Virus record (IMG/VR): IMGVR_UViG_3300045988_058353
Origin: a virus
DNA length: 43,817 bases
Strand: one strand, 5' to 3'
Position numbers and translations under genes: made by a program. This document shows positions 23,861 to 34,746 of this stretch, one piece after another (position 1 is the first letter of the stretch; every line of letters begins with the position of its first letter). Under the pieces are notes generated by a model. It was not told the origin of the DNA, did no database searches, and saw only the letters and a program-made list of their open reading frames with translations.

Positions 23861-26620
23861 ATGCTAATCAATCAAGATATTAAAAACTTTGTGCAAGGTA
23901 TTAGTCAACAACCGCCTACCTTGCGTGACCCAGAGCAACTTGATGAGCAACTTAATGGTTACTCATCTGAAGCAGGTGGTTTACAGAAAAGACCACCGAC
24001 AATGCTTGTGTCATCGTTGGCGAGAAAGTTAACCAAGAACACAAAGCCTTTAGTGCATTTTATAGACCGAGATGCTAATGAGAAGTACATTGTGCTTTTC
24101 ACAGGTGAGGATATAAAGGTGTATGACCTTAAAGGTAATGAGCAAAAGGTTACTTTTAACGAAGGCACAAGACCTTATATCTACACTGAGAAACCTCGGT
24201 ATAACCTAAAGGTAACTACGATTGCTGACTATACTTTTGTGTGTAATACAATGCAGCATACTAAAATGTCTGATGTTGTCGATGATAATTCATGGAACAC
24301 CCAGGGTCTACTTGTCAACATTAAGAATGGTCAATATGGCAGAACCTATAAGATTGTGGTTAACGGCGAAACTGTTGCAAGTTATGAAACACCGGATGGT
24401 AGTGACAAGTCCCACACAAAGATGATTAACACTGACGCTATCGTAGAACAGTTAGCTACACAGGCTACCGACAAAGGCTTTGTGGTGACAAAAGGTTCTT
24501 CTTGGCTCTACTTGAAGAAAAGTGCTTTCGTTACTGAACAAGGTGAAACTATTTATATTCAACCTACTACCACACCTCAGCAGCAAGAGGATAGATTCAG
24601 TGGTTTAAAGTATAATTATAAGGCAACTAAACGTGTCTTGTTTGGAATGTTTTGGTGCTACCCATCAACAGTTACACGTAATGATAATACGATTACTGTT
24701 ACAATTCCTAAAAAAGAAGAATTGACTGTTGATACTGACCTTGCTGCATATCAAAAGGTTAAGGATGAACTTGAAAGATGTAGAAAAGATAATTGGACGA
24801 TTACTACATCACAAGGTATTCTTGAAGAGCGTTTAGGTGGGAGCAATGGCGACCCCACTGGTAAAACGATAGAAGCAGAAGTTTACACTTTGGAGTTCAC
24901 TGAGAATATACAAACTCCGTCTTACAGTATCGCTAAGTCTGTAATTAATACTGCTGTTGTGTATGATGGCTACAATAACCAGGCTGCTTTCGGTATCATC
25001 AAGTCTACCCAAAAATTCACTAACTTACCTGCTAGTGCGCCAGATGGTTTCATTGTGAAAATCACAGGTGAAAAGGGTAGTAACACAGATGACTATTATG
25101 TTCGCTATGATGCAGAAGCACAGGTATGGCGTGAATGTGTCAGACCACTGTTGAAGAATCATATTGATAACAAAACGATGCCCCACGTGCTCGTGCGTGA
25201 AGCAGATGGCACATTTAACTTTAGAGTTGCCGAATGGGATTCTCGTGAGTCCGGTGATGAAGATAGTAACCCATTGCCGTCTTTTATTGATAACACAATC
25301 AATGATGTGTTCTACCACAGAAATCGCTTAGGATTCCTTAGTGGGGAAAATGTTATCCTTACTCGTAGTGCTGACTTCTTTAACTTTTGGATGGCGAGTG
25401 CTATGGAAGTACAGGACACAGACCCTATTGACCTTGCTGTGTCTGACAACAAAATTGCAACACTCTATCATGCTGTTCCTTTTGATGCAGAACTTATTCT
25501 GTTCTCTAAGGATGCTCAGTTTGCTTTGCGCTCTGATAGCGTGTTGACTCCTAAAGATGCCTACTTGACACCACCTGTTACTCATTTTGGTTGTTCCTTA
25601 AAGGCAACACCAGTCAATGCAGGACGTAACATCTACTTCCTTGCAGAACGCTCTGAGTATTCCACAGTACGAGAGTTCTTCGTTGCTGCTGATAACACAG
25701 ACAGTAAAGATGCACAGGATATTACTTCTCACGTTCCCTCTTATTTACCGAATGGTACTTATAAGATTGTACCGAGTAGTGTTGAGAACATCTTAATGTT
25801 TCTCACTGAGGGTGATGAGGATTGTATGTATGTGTATAAGTACCTGTTCATTGACAGTGTGCGTCAACAGGCTTCCTGGTCACGTTGGTCTTTAGGTGGC
25901 ACTATCTATGGTGCTTCCTTTATTGAGGATTCTTTATATATCGTTGTTGAACGTAATGACTATTTGTGTTTAGAACGTGTTTCCTTTACGTTTAACACAG
26001 AAGATTTACCGAGTGAACCTTATCGTGTCCTCTTGGACTGCAAGCAGGAAGTAACTGTTCCACAAGGTTGCTTCAATGAACTGCAAGGTGAAACCCTTAT
26101 CAACATTAAGTCTTTCTATAATGAGATTTATGAACCAGATAGAAAGTATGGCATTGTTACTGCTGATGGTACTTTCAAAGAGGTTGATGCTGACGGCACT
26201 GTGACTCTTAATGGTAACTATGAAGGTAAGCATATTATTTGTGGTTTAATCTACAAATTTAGAATTGCTCTTTCTACTATTTATGTTAAGAGTGAGAGCG
26301 AAAGAGGAACACAAGCCTTGTTAGAAGGCAGGTTACAACTCAGACAGCTTTGGATAAACTATGCTGACAGTGGTTACTTCGTGGTTAAGGTTGATGTGTT
26401 TGATAAAGACACTTACGAGTATATCAACACAGGGAGAACCTTAGGTACTACGGACAGCACACTTGGTAAGCTGATGTTCTCAACAGGTAAATTTATAGTG
26501 CCTATTCAAAGCCTTAACACAAACTGCAAGATTAGTGTTGAATCGGATGCTCCTGCTCCGGTGGCTTTGATTGGCGCAGGTTGGATTGGTAATTATGTAA
26601 GGAGGACAAAACAATTTTAA
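23861..26620 (+). CDS. Tail tubular protein B, gp12-like
   Basis: The N-terminus QDIKNFVQGISQQPPTLRDPEQ...NGYSSEAGGLQKRPP parallels T7 gp12 QSIKNLKGGISQQPDILRYPDQ...NGWSSETEGLQKRPP. Confidence 0.9.
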   Translation: MLINQDIKNFVQGISQQPPTLRDPEQLDEQLNGYSSEAGGLQKRPPTMLVSSLARKLTKNTKPLVHFIDRDANEKYIVLFTGEDIKVYDLKGNEQKVTFNEGTRPYIYTEKPRYNLKVTTIADYTFVCNTMQHTKMSDVVDDNSWNTQGLLVNIKNGQYGRTYKIVVNGETVASYETPDGSDKSHTKMINTDAIVEQLATQATDKGFVVTKGSSWLYLKKSAFVTEQGETIYIQPTTTPQQQEDRFSGLKYNYKATKRVLFGMFWCYPSTVTRNDNTITVTIPKKEELTVDTDLAAYQKVKDELERCRKDNWTITTSQGILEERLGGSNGDPTGKTIEAEVYTLEFTENIQTPSYSIAKSVINTAVVYDGYNNQAAFGIIKSTQKFTNLPASAPDGFIVKITGEKGSNTDDYYVRYDAEAQVWRECVRPLLKNHIDNKTMPHVLVREADGTFNFRVAEWDSRESGDEDSNPLPSFIDNTINDVFYHRNRLGFLSGENVILTRSADFFNFWMASAMEVQDTDPIDLAVSDNKIATLYHAVPFDAELILFSKDAQFALRSDSVLTPKDAYLTPPVTHFGCSLKATPVNAGRNIYFLAERSEYSTVREFFVAADNTDSKDAQDITSHVPSYLPNGTYKIVPSSVENILMFLTEGDEDCMYVYKYLFIDSVRQQASWSRWSLGGTIYGASFIEDSLYIVVERNDYLCLERVSFTFNTEDLPSEPYRVLLDCKQEVTVPQGCFNELQGETLINIKSFYNEIYEPDRKYGIVTADGTFKEVDADGTVTLNGNYEGKHIICGLIYKFRIALSTIYVKSESERGTQALLEGRLQLRQLWINYADSGYFVVKVDVFDKDTYEYINTGRTLGTTDSTLGKLMFSTGKFIVPIQSLNTNCKISVESDAPAPVALIGAGWIGNYVRRTKQF

Positions 26621-26631
26621 GATTAGAGAAA

Positions 26632-27105
26632 ATGACAATTAAGCACTTTATGAACTTCATGGAGTCTAAGCGTCCTGTGGATGTGCGAGAGGTTGAGCTT
26701 ATGAATGGCTGTGACTTCTACGATGTTCCTGTTGTTGACTATGCAGACGCAACTGTGCTTGTTGATGATAATGATGAAGTCTACGCTATTGGTGGTGTAC
26801 AACAAATTGTTGAAGAAGGCGTTATTCTGAACTTTGTGTGGATGCTTTGTACAGATAAAGTAGAAAAACACCAAATCGCTTTTCTACGTGCTGCCAAAGA
26901 TTTGCTTAACAGGTATCTTGAAAAATACATCCATTTAGAGAATTGGGTGTGGTTAGGTAATGAGCAACACGTAAAATGGTTAAAGTGGATGGGAGCTGAC
27001 TTCTTTGATGTTCGACAAGTCAACGGCGAGGACTTCCAGTGCTTTGTGTTTGCTACGGACGAAGCAAAAGCAGAAGCAAAAGAAGCAAGAGAAGGCATTG
27101 AATAA
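26632..27105 (+). CDS. Internal virion protein A, gp13-like (by position)
   Basis: Assigned mainly by size and synteny. Confidence 0.45.
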   Translation: MTIKHFMNFMESKRPVDVREVELMNGCDFYDVPVVDYADATVLVDDNDEVYAIGGVQQIVEEGVILNFVWMLCTDKVEKHQIAFLRAAKDLLNRYLEKYIHLENWVWLGNEQHVKWLKWMGADFFDVRQVNGEDFQCFVFATDEAKAEAKEAREGIE

Positions 27106-27695
27106 TGTGTGATGTACTCGCTGCTGCTAGTACCGCCTTACAGATTGGCGGTGAATACCTCGGTCAAAGAGCACAGTACAAACAAGCAAAGGCTCTGATT
27201 GATTCGCAAGCGAAAGCTGCTATCACGCAGATGAACTACGCCTATCAAAACTACGAACAGGAACGTACAGATGCCTTTGACGCTGCTGTGTCTGAAATCA
27301 CAAAGACACGTCATAATTCCTTGCAGCTCAATTCTGCTGTTAAGGCTGCCGTCAATGAGAACGCAAGTGGTAGAACCGCAAGGATGCTCGTGCGCTCCGT
27401 TGAAGGTGATACTGCTCGTGCGGTAGCTTCTGTTAAAGATAACTATTCTCGCAAGTCTAATGAAATCGACTTGAACGAAGATGCTACTTTTAAGTCTACC
27501 GCTAGTTACATTGATAACCTTAATGCGTCTGCGCCCAAGATGCCCGGACGCTTTGCTAATTTCTTGACTTCTGCTAACACCATCTTGCAAAACACTACTA
27601 CTGTGTTGAATCAGAAGGCTGCTGTTGAAGCAAGTGGTCAGAAGTGGGACTGGTGGAAAGGTGGAGCTAAGAAGGTTTCCGCTAAAACGTGGTAG
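27105..27695 (+). CDS. Internal virion protein B, gp14-like
   Basis: 196 aa, starts MC, Ala/Gln-rich helical N-terminus like T7 gp14. Position is syntenic. Confidence 0.65.
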   Translation: MCDVLAAASTALQIGGEYLGQRAQYKQAKALIDSQAKAAITQMNYAYQNYEQERTDAFDAAVSEITKTRHNSLQLNSAVKAAVNENASGRTARMLVRSVEGDTARAVASVKDNYSRKSNEIDLNEDATFKSTASYIDNLNASAPKMPGRFANFLTSANTILQNTTTVLNQKAAVEASGQKWDWWKGGAKKVSAKTW

Positions 27696-27781
27696 GCACT
27701 ACACCTCGCTCTGTACATGAAAAGACAGGTGCAGGTACAGGTGTTTACAAAAAGAAATAACATATAAAGGATGGTAAATAA

Positions 27782-30064
27782 ATGTCTAATCCAATAGCAA
27801 GTGCTTTAGGCACACAGCGACAATTTACCAAACAACCAGAAGCACCCTATCAAAAGAGATTAATCACACCCTCTTTTGGTAGTGGTATTTCTGCCCAACT
27901 TGATGGCAATGCAGCAGCACTTTCACGTGCTCTGGGTTTACTTGGTGCTGGTTTGATTGGTGAAAGTATCGCTGCTGATAAACGTGCAGAAATGATTGGT
28001 AAAGCAGAAGCTGATAGAATCTTTTCTGTAACCAATGAGAAAGACCGAGAGAAACTTTCTACATTAGATATTCTTGGTCAATCTGGAAAATTTGATATTG
28101 CTGATAACCCCTATGCGGTAGCACGTATTGATGAACTGCGTGGTCAGCACTTAAATACACTGTTCAAGCAGGAGTACGAAAATGAAGTAGTTCCTAACCA
28201 AGAATTGCCCGATAACTCCCAGCAGAACATCTTGAACTTTGAAACCTTTATGGACAAAAAGCTACAAGATTCTGGTATTAAGGCGTATAACAGAACCGCT
28301 TTTGAAAAAGGTTTTTATGGCTCTCGTCCGTTGGATGTGTTACAACAGGATGCTAGTTATCGTAAACGTAGACAAGCTGACCTTGAAGCTGATAGAGATG
28401 CTGCTATTGCTGCCAAAGGTGACGATTTAATCCTGCGTAGTCTTAGTGGGATGACACCAGAAGATTTCGCAAATGGTGCACAGGAATGGCAAACAGACCC
28501 TATGTTAACAGGTATGAGCCGTGCTGACAGAATTAAACTTGTTGATGAGTTTGCAAGACGCACAGCACCTCATGGTAGTGTTGAGAACCTAAAGGCTTGG
28601 GGTGATACTATTGTTTATCACAAAGATGATGGCACACCTGTCAGAGTTAAAGAAGTTATTCCTTTAGGTATCTACTTGGGGATGGCTGAGAAGGCGAGTG
28701 TGCATCTTAATTCTCAAAAAACTAGGGATTTCTTACAAAGTTTAGAAGGAGTACCCTCCGCTTCCATATGGGATAAATATGAAGAAATTAAAAAGAAAGA
28801 CCCGCTGTTCTTTGAAGCGATTGCGCCTACATATGAAGGTGTTAAGAATCGTGCAATAAAAGCAGAAGAAAAAGCTGCTAAGAAAGCTGCTGCTGCGCAG
28901 GAGAGTGTATTTAGACAACAGCTTGTTACATCTACTCTTGATGATAGATGGTTAAGCATGACCCAAGGTAAAGATGTAGATTCCTTCGGTTCTCCTGTGT
29001 ATGATGATACAATCTCTGTTAATGGTAAAAGAATTAAAATCACTGATGAAGAAAAGATTGAGTGGGCGAATACAAAGATGGCTCAGTTCTTTAATAGCCT
29101 TCCACTTGATGAAGCTGGTAAAGAAACCATGAACCTCTTGAAGTTCCCTCAGATGGGCTGCTTAGTGAAAGCAATGAAGGGCAATGTTGGTAATGTATTA
29201 AGTTCTCTGAGCACTCAGTCCTTAACCCATGATGAAGCAGGTGCTTTACAACTTCCTGCTGCCCTCAACAAGTTTGTTGCTATGTACAAGACTGACAAGG
29301 AAACATTCCGTTATCTCTTTGGTAAACAAGGTGATGAAATCTCTGTACTTAGTGACCTTATTGATGCTAATGGTCTTGAAGAGGGTGTGTCTAAGTTCGC
29401 TATGGCAAGAGAGAATATGAGTAATCCCGACTTCAAGAAAGCTGTTGAAAAGAGTGCTGACTTACAGGTTGGTTTTGATTCTACTCTTTCTGTACCTCTG
29501 TTAGGCGGTAATGGTTCTACCGAAGATATTCAGTTCTACGCCAACAGTGCTGTTCAGCTTATGCTTAGTCAAAGTTTTAAGACCAACATGTACTGTGGAC
29601 AAACAGAGGAAGATGCACTCAACAATGCTCGCAAGCGCACAAGTGAATACTTTGTGAGCTATAATGGTTGTGCGTTCCCTAAAGCGTTCTTATACAAGAT
29701 TCCTAGTGAAAATCAGCAGAAAACTGTTATGATGTTCTTGGATGAGAAGATGCAGCAAGAGCAAGGCACAAGACTTATGTATTCTAATGGTACTCTGCAA
29801 ATTTGGCGTAATGGTGTAGCAACTGCTTCTAAATGGAATAATACAACCATTGCAACAGAGGTAGCTAAATGGTTACAAGAATTACCACCAGAAAAGAGAG
29901 TGCTGGTAGATGATGTTTATTATAATCCGTCATTTGATAATAGTGATTACTATGCGTCTAACCCGGATGCCAGCAAGATTGAAGCTGCTGAAAAAGAAAC
30001 AGGTGTTGATATGAGTAGTCCTGCGGGTGCTCTTATTGATGCGATTGGAGGTATATTTAAATGA
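27782..30064 (+). CDS. Internal virion (ejection) protein C, gp15-like
   Basis: 760 aa, syntenic. Confidence 0.65.
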   Translation: MSNPIASALGTQRQFTKQPEAPYQKRLITPSFGSGISAQLDGNAAALSRALGLLGAGLIGESIAADKRAEMIGKAEADRIFSVTNEKDREKLSTLDILGQSGKFDIADNPYAVARIDELRGQHLNTLFKQEYENEVVPNQELPDNSQQNILNFETFMDKKLQDSGIKAYNRTAFEKGFYGSRPLDVLQQDASYRKRRQADLEADRDAAIAAKGDDLILRSLSGMTPEDFANGAQEWQTDPMLTGMSRADRIKLVDEFARRTAPHGSVENLKAWGDTIVYHKDDGTPVRVKEVIPLGIYLGMAEKASVHLNSQKTRDFLQSLEGVPSASIWDKYEEIKKKDPLFFEAIAPTYEGVKNRAIKAEEKAAKKAAAAQESVFRQQLVTSTLDDRWLSMTQGKDVDSFGSPVYDDTISVNGKRIKITDEEKIEWANTKMAQFFNSLPLDEAGKETMNLLKFPQMGCLVKAMKGNVGNVLSSLSTQSLTHDEAGALQLPAALNKFVAMYKTDKETFRYLFGKQGDEISVLSDLIDANGLEEGVSKFAMARENMSNPDFKKAVEKSADLQVGFDSTLSVPLLGGNGSTEDIQFYANSAVQLMLSQSFKTNMYCGQTEEDALNNARKRTSEYFVSYNGCAFPKAFLYKIPSENQQKTVMMFLDEKMQQEQGTRLMYSNGTLQIWRNGVATASKWNNTTIATEVAKWLQELPPEKRVLVDDVYYNPSFDNSDYYASNPDASKIEAAEKETGVDMSSPAGALIDAIGGIFK

Positions 30065-33000
30065 ATGGGTACGAGATAGCTAATGGTATCTCACAACGAT
30101 TAAAAGATATGTATGGTGAAAATCTTGCACCTTCCTTAATATACGCTCAATTATCACACGAAACAGGTGGGTTCACAAGTGAGCTTGCCACAAAACATCA
30201 TAACTATGGTGGTGTGACACAAACTACTCCTAATGGTTTAGCTCAACCAGATGGTTCTAACTACTACATGAACTTTGATTCTGATGAATCTTTTATGGAT
30301 TACATGGCTGGTTATCTTTACAAGTATAAAGAGGATGGTTTGTTTGATGCCTATGATGCACGTAGTTATGCAACTGCCTTGAAACATGGTGGTTACTTTG
30401 GTGATGATGTTGAGAACTACACAGCAGGTATGGAGAACGCTATTGGTACTGCTAGTTTAGGTGAGTTCATCCAGGGAGCATATGAGGGTTCTAATCCTAC
30501 TGCTCCTGTGGTGGAACAGGAAGAACCAGAAGAAGCAGACTTCTTTGACAAGATGCAGGACACTATGTTCGATTCTGCTCTTTGGGGTTCTTTCCGTACT
30601 GCTGCTGCAAAGAAAGACCTGCCGGACGAAGAAGGTTATAAACTAACACAAGAAGATATTGATAGGGTACAGAAGGAACTTGGTGACTACACAGCTACCT
30701 TATGGGTGTGTCAGAACGCTAACAGTCCTGCGCAACTTGAACGCCTTATCAGAATGAAGAAGGAAGATTTAGAGCGTAGAAAGCGTGTTGAAGAATCCAG
30801 TATGGGTCTGTCAACCGCTGGTACTCTACTAGGTCTTTTCCTTGACCCTCTGAACTATGTACCTATACTTGGTGCAACAGGTAAACTTGGTAGTGCAGCA
30901 CGATATGCAAAGTTAGCTGCTGGTGCTTCTGTTGGTAACTTAGTTGACAGAGGTTTAGCGCAGGCTGCTACTGGTTACCGCCAAGACTATCCTATGGCTG
31001 CCTTAATGGGTGCTGTGGGTGGTGCAGGTATTCCTATGGCTCTTGACCTGCTTGGTAAAGGTTTCTCTAAGGCAACTAAAGCTGTTGGTGAACAACTTTA
31101 TGGCGAAGCAACTAACATAATAATTGATGCTGAAAGATTAGCCAAAGGTGAGAAATTGTCAGTCGAAAGAACCAGCTCCAAGGAATTTATTGATTCTTTG
31201 ACACAGGTGCATGATAAAGATTTTGTTAAGTCTATTAAAGATGCAGGTGTTGCTGGTCAGATTCGTCCTAAACACAATGTTTTTGTGGTTTCCAAAGAGA
31301 ACGCTAAGAAGATTGTTGAAGGACGTGGATGGGAATTTGATGATAATGCTAAAGGTTTCTTTGATGATGAAACAGGTGTGACTGTGCTTATCAAAGAGAA
31401 TCTTAGTGGTAGCGAAGATATTCGTAAAACCCTGTTGCATGAACGTGGCGCACATGGTTTGAAGTACGTGTTGAGTCCGAATGATTACGCTAAGGTTCTG
31501 GCAGAGTTAAGATTCCGTATTAATAACAATCCATCACCTGCTATTGAGCGTGCTATTAAACGTGCAGGTGGTAATGCTGACGCTGAGGAAGTCCTTGGTT
31601 ATCTCGCTGAGGAAATGAAACCATCTAACCCTCTAATGCGAAACATCCGTAAAGCAATGGATAAAGGTCTTAATGCTTTAGGTGTTAAAGGCAGGCTTAG
31701 TGATGATGACTTTATTGACATTCTGACTAAGGGTGCTAAACACTATGCTGATGGACAGAATGGTTACAGGGTTCTGAAAGATGGCTCTTGTGAGTACAAA
31801 GGTATTCACTACTCTACGAAGAACTTGTTTAACCCAGCGAATCTCACAAGGGCAGCTTGGTTTGAACATGCTAAAAAGAAGGTAAAAGAAACTGCTGAAA
31901 CCCTTTCAAAACGTACTGCTCTTTATGCAACGCCTTATTCTGTGTGTAGCACATCAAAGTCAAAGACTCTAAAAGAATTAGCAGGTAAACTTGTTACTTC
32001 TCCTTATATGGAGCGTTTGAATGGTGGTATTCCTGCTGAGGTCTATAAGGACAATATGCGCTTCCATGCTGAACATATGATAAATAATTATATGAAGGTA
32101 CGTGATGAAGCCTTAGTACGCTTACAGACGCTCTCTGCTGATGCTAAGTATGATTATAACGAAGCTGTTATTCGTGCTTATAATGCTAAAAATGCAGGTA
32201 ACACAGCAGCAACAGTCGGTCATAATTTCCCACCAGAAGTAATGAAGGGTGTTGCTGAAATAGAGAAGCTGCGTGAATATCTCAAAGAGCTTCTTACAGA
32301 CCCCTCGAAATATCTCGGTGAGGGTTATGGTTTGTTACCGCATGATTGGTACAACCATTCTGATGAGTTCTTTAGATGGATTGATGAAGGTAAACACGCA
32401 AAGCTCTTAGTTGATTTTCAAAACAAAGAAGATATGGCTAAGTTTCTTTATAAATACTGCTATAAATTCGGTAAGAAAGATGTTGTGCGCAAACAGATTG
32501 AGGACGAGATGACTGCTGCATGGCGCAAAGAGTGTGAGAAAGCTAAGGCAAAAGGTAAACCATTGCCGGAAGCACCTAAACTTTCTGAGGATGAGTTCTT
32601 ACAAGAATATGATAAAAGAGCTAGGGAATGTGCTATGGGTTGGACAGACTTGGGTGCATCTGAAACTGAGAAAACAGCGAACTTCAATATGACTAAAATC
32701 GGTTCTTTGGATTGTTTGAATTACAGGTTTCCTTTAGATACCTCTGGTCAAATGGAGATAAAGGGTAATATGTTTAGTTTTGATGATAACTTACGCTCTT
32801 ATGATATTGACTCTTTTCTCAATCCTCTTGTGAACCGCTTGACAGGTGAAGTATCTTTGACTACTGTATTTCCTAAAGATGCACAGACTATCTTTGCGAA
32901 TCCTTTAGGTTTCGTGAAGAATGTTGATTATAACTTACAAGGGATGCGTTCTGTTATTGATGCTGAGTTAGATGATTTAGTGCAACGCAGACAGATTACT

Positions 33001-34410
33001 AAAGACCAGAAAACAAATGACCTTAGAGCCTTTGATTTCATGTGTGATAAATTACGTAGTATGCCTGTTGCTGAGCACCCTCATACTCTCTTAGATGCAG
33101 CAGCACGTACCTTGAATAGCTATGCTTATGCTCGTAATAGTGGTAACATGGTATTTAATCAGTTAGGTGAAATAAGTGGTACACTTGCTTACGCTGGTTA
33201 TAATGCATTATTCGATGTGATGCCAGGTTTAGGTAAGATTGTGACAGAAGCACGTATGGGTAAGGGAAGTGTTGAAATGCTTGAAGATGCACGTTTAGCT
33301 ACTTTTGGTGACGAAGGGTATCGCTATATCTTTGGTAACGCAGGTGATTCATCTTCAAGAATTTATCGTGATATTCTTAATGATACACGAACTGCAAAGG
33401 CTTTAGATAAAGTCGCTGGTTTTGCTAATTTAACGTCTAACCTCATATCTAAGGTAACAGGTTTCCAAAAGTTAACCGAAACGATGATTCAAAGCGCACA
33501 GAAGCAGACTATGATTGATTTAGCTAAATGGGTAAATGGTAAGGAATTTCCATCTTATCGAAACCCTTTTTCTAAAAATAAGTTAGAAGCTATTGGCTTG
33601 AAATATAAGAATTCTGCTGCTGATTTTCGTGAAGCACTCAAACCTTATATTGTGCTAGATAAAGAGGGCAACCTAGTTGATTTTAATATAAAAGCACTAC
33701 GTCAAAATGACCCGGAATTGTATATGCAGTATTATATGCTTATGACGAACCAAGTAAAGCGTTGTATTACTATGCCCTCTATTGGGAGCACTAATATGCT
33801 CAAAGAAGCTAATCCGTTTTGGAGAGTGTTCTTCATGTTCAAGGATTTTACAATGAGAGCAACACATACACAGACTTTACGTGTTGCACACAATCGAGAA
33901 ACTGATGATTTGCTTGCAACTATGTTCTCTATGGCTACTAACTTAGCAGTTGTTACTGGTTTAGCTTATGCACGCTCTAAATTTGTATATAATAGAAAGA
34001 ATGAAGCAGAGCACGAACGTTATATGAAAGAATATATGAGTCCTAAGAGTTTAATATATATAGCGGGTTTACGTGGTAGTGTAACTGGTTCTTCTTTTTC
34101 TCATTATGCGGATATTGCAGAAGCAGCAGGTCTTTCACCTGTTCCATCTATCAGAACAACTACCAATAGATATAAACGTGATAAAAATAGTAATGAAATA
34201 GTAGGTGAATATCTAACACAACTTCCTGCTATAAAAACAGGAACAGATTTGTTGAAAGCACCTATGCAATTAACAAAAGTATTACCCGGTGAGAGATACA
34301 CACGTAAGGATTTTGATGACTTATTACAGTTATTACCCGGTCAGAATTTTATTCTTATGTTGCGATTACGTGATGAGCTTGCAGATGCAGCAAACTTGCC
34401 AAAAAGATAA
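30061..34410 (+). CDS. Internal virion (ejection) protein D, gp16-like, with an N-terminal glucosaminidase/FlgJ-type muralytic domain
   Basis: 1449 aa, syntenic. The N-terminal IYAQLSHETGGFTSELATKHHNYGGV fits the glucosaminidase-family catalytic region. Confidence 0.75.
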   Translation: MNGYEIANGISQRLKDMYGENLAPSLIYAQLSHETGGFTSELATKHHNYGGVTQTTPNGLAQPDGSNYYMNFDSDESFMDYMAGYLYKYKEDGLFDAYDARSYATALKHGGYFGDDVENYTAGMENAIGTASLGEFIQGAYEGSNPTAPVVEQEEPEEADFFDKMQDTMFDSALWGSFRTAAAKKDLPDEEGYKLTQEDIDRVQKELGDYTATLWVCQNANSPAQLERLIRMKKEDLERRKRVEESSMGLSTAGTLLGLFLDPLNYVPILGATGKLGSAARYAKLAAGASVGNLVDRGLAQAATGYRQDYPMAALMGAVGGAGIPMALDLLGKGFSKATKAVGEQLYGEATNIIIDAERLAKGEKLSVERTSSKEFIDSLTQVHDKDFVKSIKDAGVAGQIRPKHNVFVVSKENAKKIVEGRGWEFDDNAKGFFDDETGVTVLIKENLSGSEDIRKTLLHERGAHGLKYVLSPNDYAKVLAELRFRINNNPSPAIERAIKRAGGNADAEEVLGYLAEEMKPSNPLMRNIRKAMDKGLNALGVKGRLSDDDFIDILTKGAKHYADGQNGYRVLKDGSCEYKGIHYSTKNLFNPANLTRAAWFEHAKKKVKETAETLSKRTALYATPYSVCSTSKSKTLKELAGKLVTSPYMERLNGGIPAEVYKDNMRFHAEHMINNYMKVRDEALVRLQTLSADAKYDYNEAVIRAYNAKNAGNTAATVGHNFPPEVMKGVAEIEKLREYLKELLTDPSKYLGEGYGLLPHDWYNHSDEFFRWIDEGKHAKLLVDFQNKEDMAKFLYKYCYKFGKKDVVRKQIEDEMTAAWRKECEKAKAKGKPLPEAPKLSEDEFLQEYDKRARECAMGWTDLGASETEKTANFNMTKIGSLDCLNYRFPLDTSGQMEIKGNMFSFDDNLRSYDIDSFLNPLVNRLTGEVSLTTVFPKDAQTIFANPLGFVKNVDYNLQGMRSVIDAELDDLVQRRQITKDQKTNDLRAFDFMCDKLRSMPVAEHPHTLLDAAARTLNSYAYARNSGNMVFNQLGEISGTLAYAGYNALFDVMPGLGKIVTEARMGKGSVEMLEDARLATFGDEGYRYIFGNAGDSSSRIYRDILNDTRTAKALDKVAGFANLTSNLISKVTGFQKLTETMIQSAQKQTMIDLAKWVNGKEFPSYRNPFSKNKLEAIGLKYKNSAADFREALKPYIVLDKEGNLVDFNIKALRQNDPELYMQYYMLMTNQVKRCITMPSIGSTNMLKEANPFWRVFFMFKDFTMRATHTQTLRVAHNRETDDLLATMFSMATNLAVVTGLAYARSKFVYNRKNEAEHERYMKEYMSPKSLIYIAGLRGSVTGSSFSHYADIAEAAGLSPVPSIRTTTNRYKRDKNSNEIVGEYLTQLPAIKTGTDLLKAPMQLTKVLPGERYTRKDFDDLLQLLPGQNFILMLRLRDELADAANLPKR

Positions 34411-34456
34411 TAATATTATATAATTAAAGAAAAGAAATTTATAAGGAGGTATAACT

Positions 34457-34627
34457 ATGTTGTTGAATATTGCGTGGCTTATTATTGGTTTTATATTCCC
34501 TTTTATTATAGGCTGGATTGTAATGGATTACAACCATTATAGTTATGTAGGTATACTGATGGGAATTATTATGATAGCTGCTGGATTGCTTGTACCTCTG
34601 AGCTGCATAGGTAAAACAAAAGAATAA
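34457..34627 (+). CDS. Small two-TMD membrane protein (56 aa, not in the ORF track)
   Basis: AAGGAGG lies 7 nt upstream. Sequence MLLNIAWLIIGFIFPFIIGWIV...GILMGIIMIAAGLLVPL. Confidence 0.5.
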   Translation: MLLNIAWLIIGFIFPFIIGWIVMDYNHYSYVGILMGIIMIAAGLLVPLSCIGKTKE

Positions 34628-34645
34628 CTTTCAAACAAACTTTAT

Positions 34646-34685
34646 GACACTACTTAGTTCAACTAGGTAGTGTCTTTTCTTTTAT
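34646..34685 (+). terminator. Intrinsic terminator (+ strand)
   Basis: GACACTACTTAG / TTCAA / CTAGGTAGTGTC gives a 12-bp stem with one mismatch, followed by TTTTCTTTT. Confidence 0.75.
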
Positions 34686-34689
34686 CTAA

Positions 34690-34737
34690 ACAAAAAAGTA
34701 CGGCGCAACGCTAATAGGGAAATAACGCACCGTACTT
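34690..34737 (-). terminator. Intrinsic terminator for the minus-strand peptide gene
   Basis: In minus-strand RNA, AGUACGGUGCG pairs with UGCGCCGUACU (11 bp including two G-U pairs, which would be C-A mismatches on the + strand), followed by UUUUUU. Confidence 0.65.
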
Positions 34738-34746
34738 GTAGTTCAT

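Noticed and set aside
31400-31470. HERGAH in the gp16 analog as a metallopeptidase motif
   Set aside because: The spacing is HExxxH, not HExxH, and there is no supporting third ligand context.
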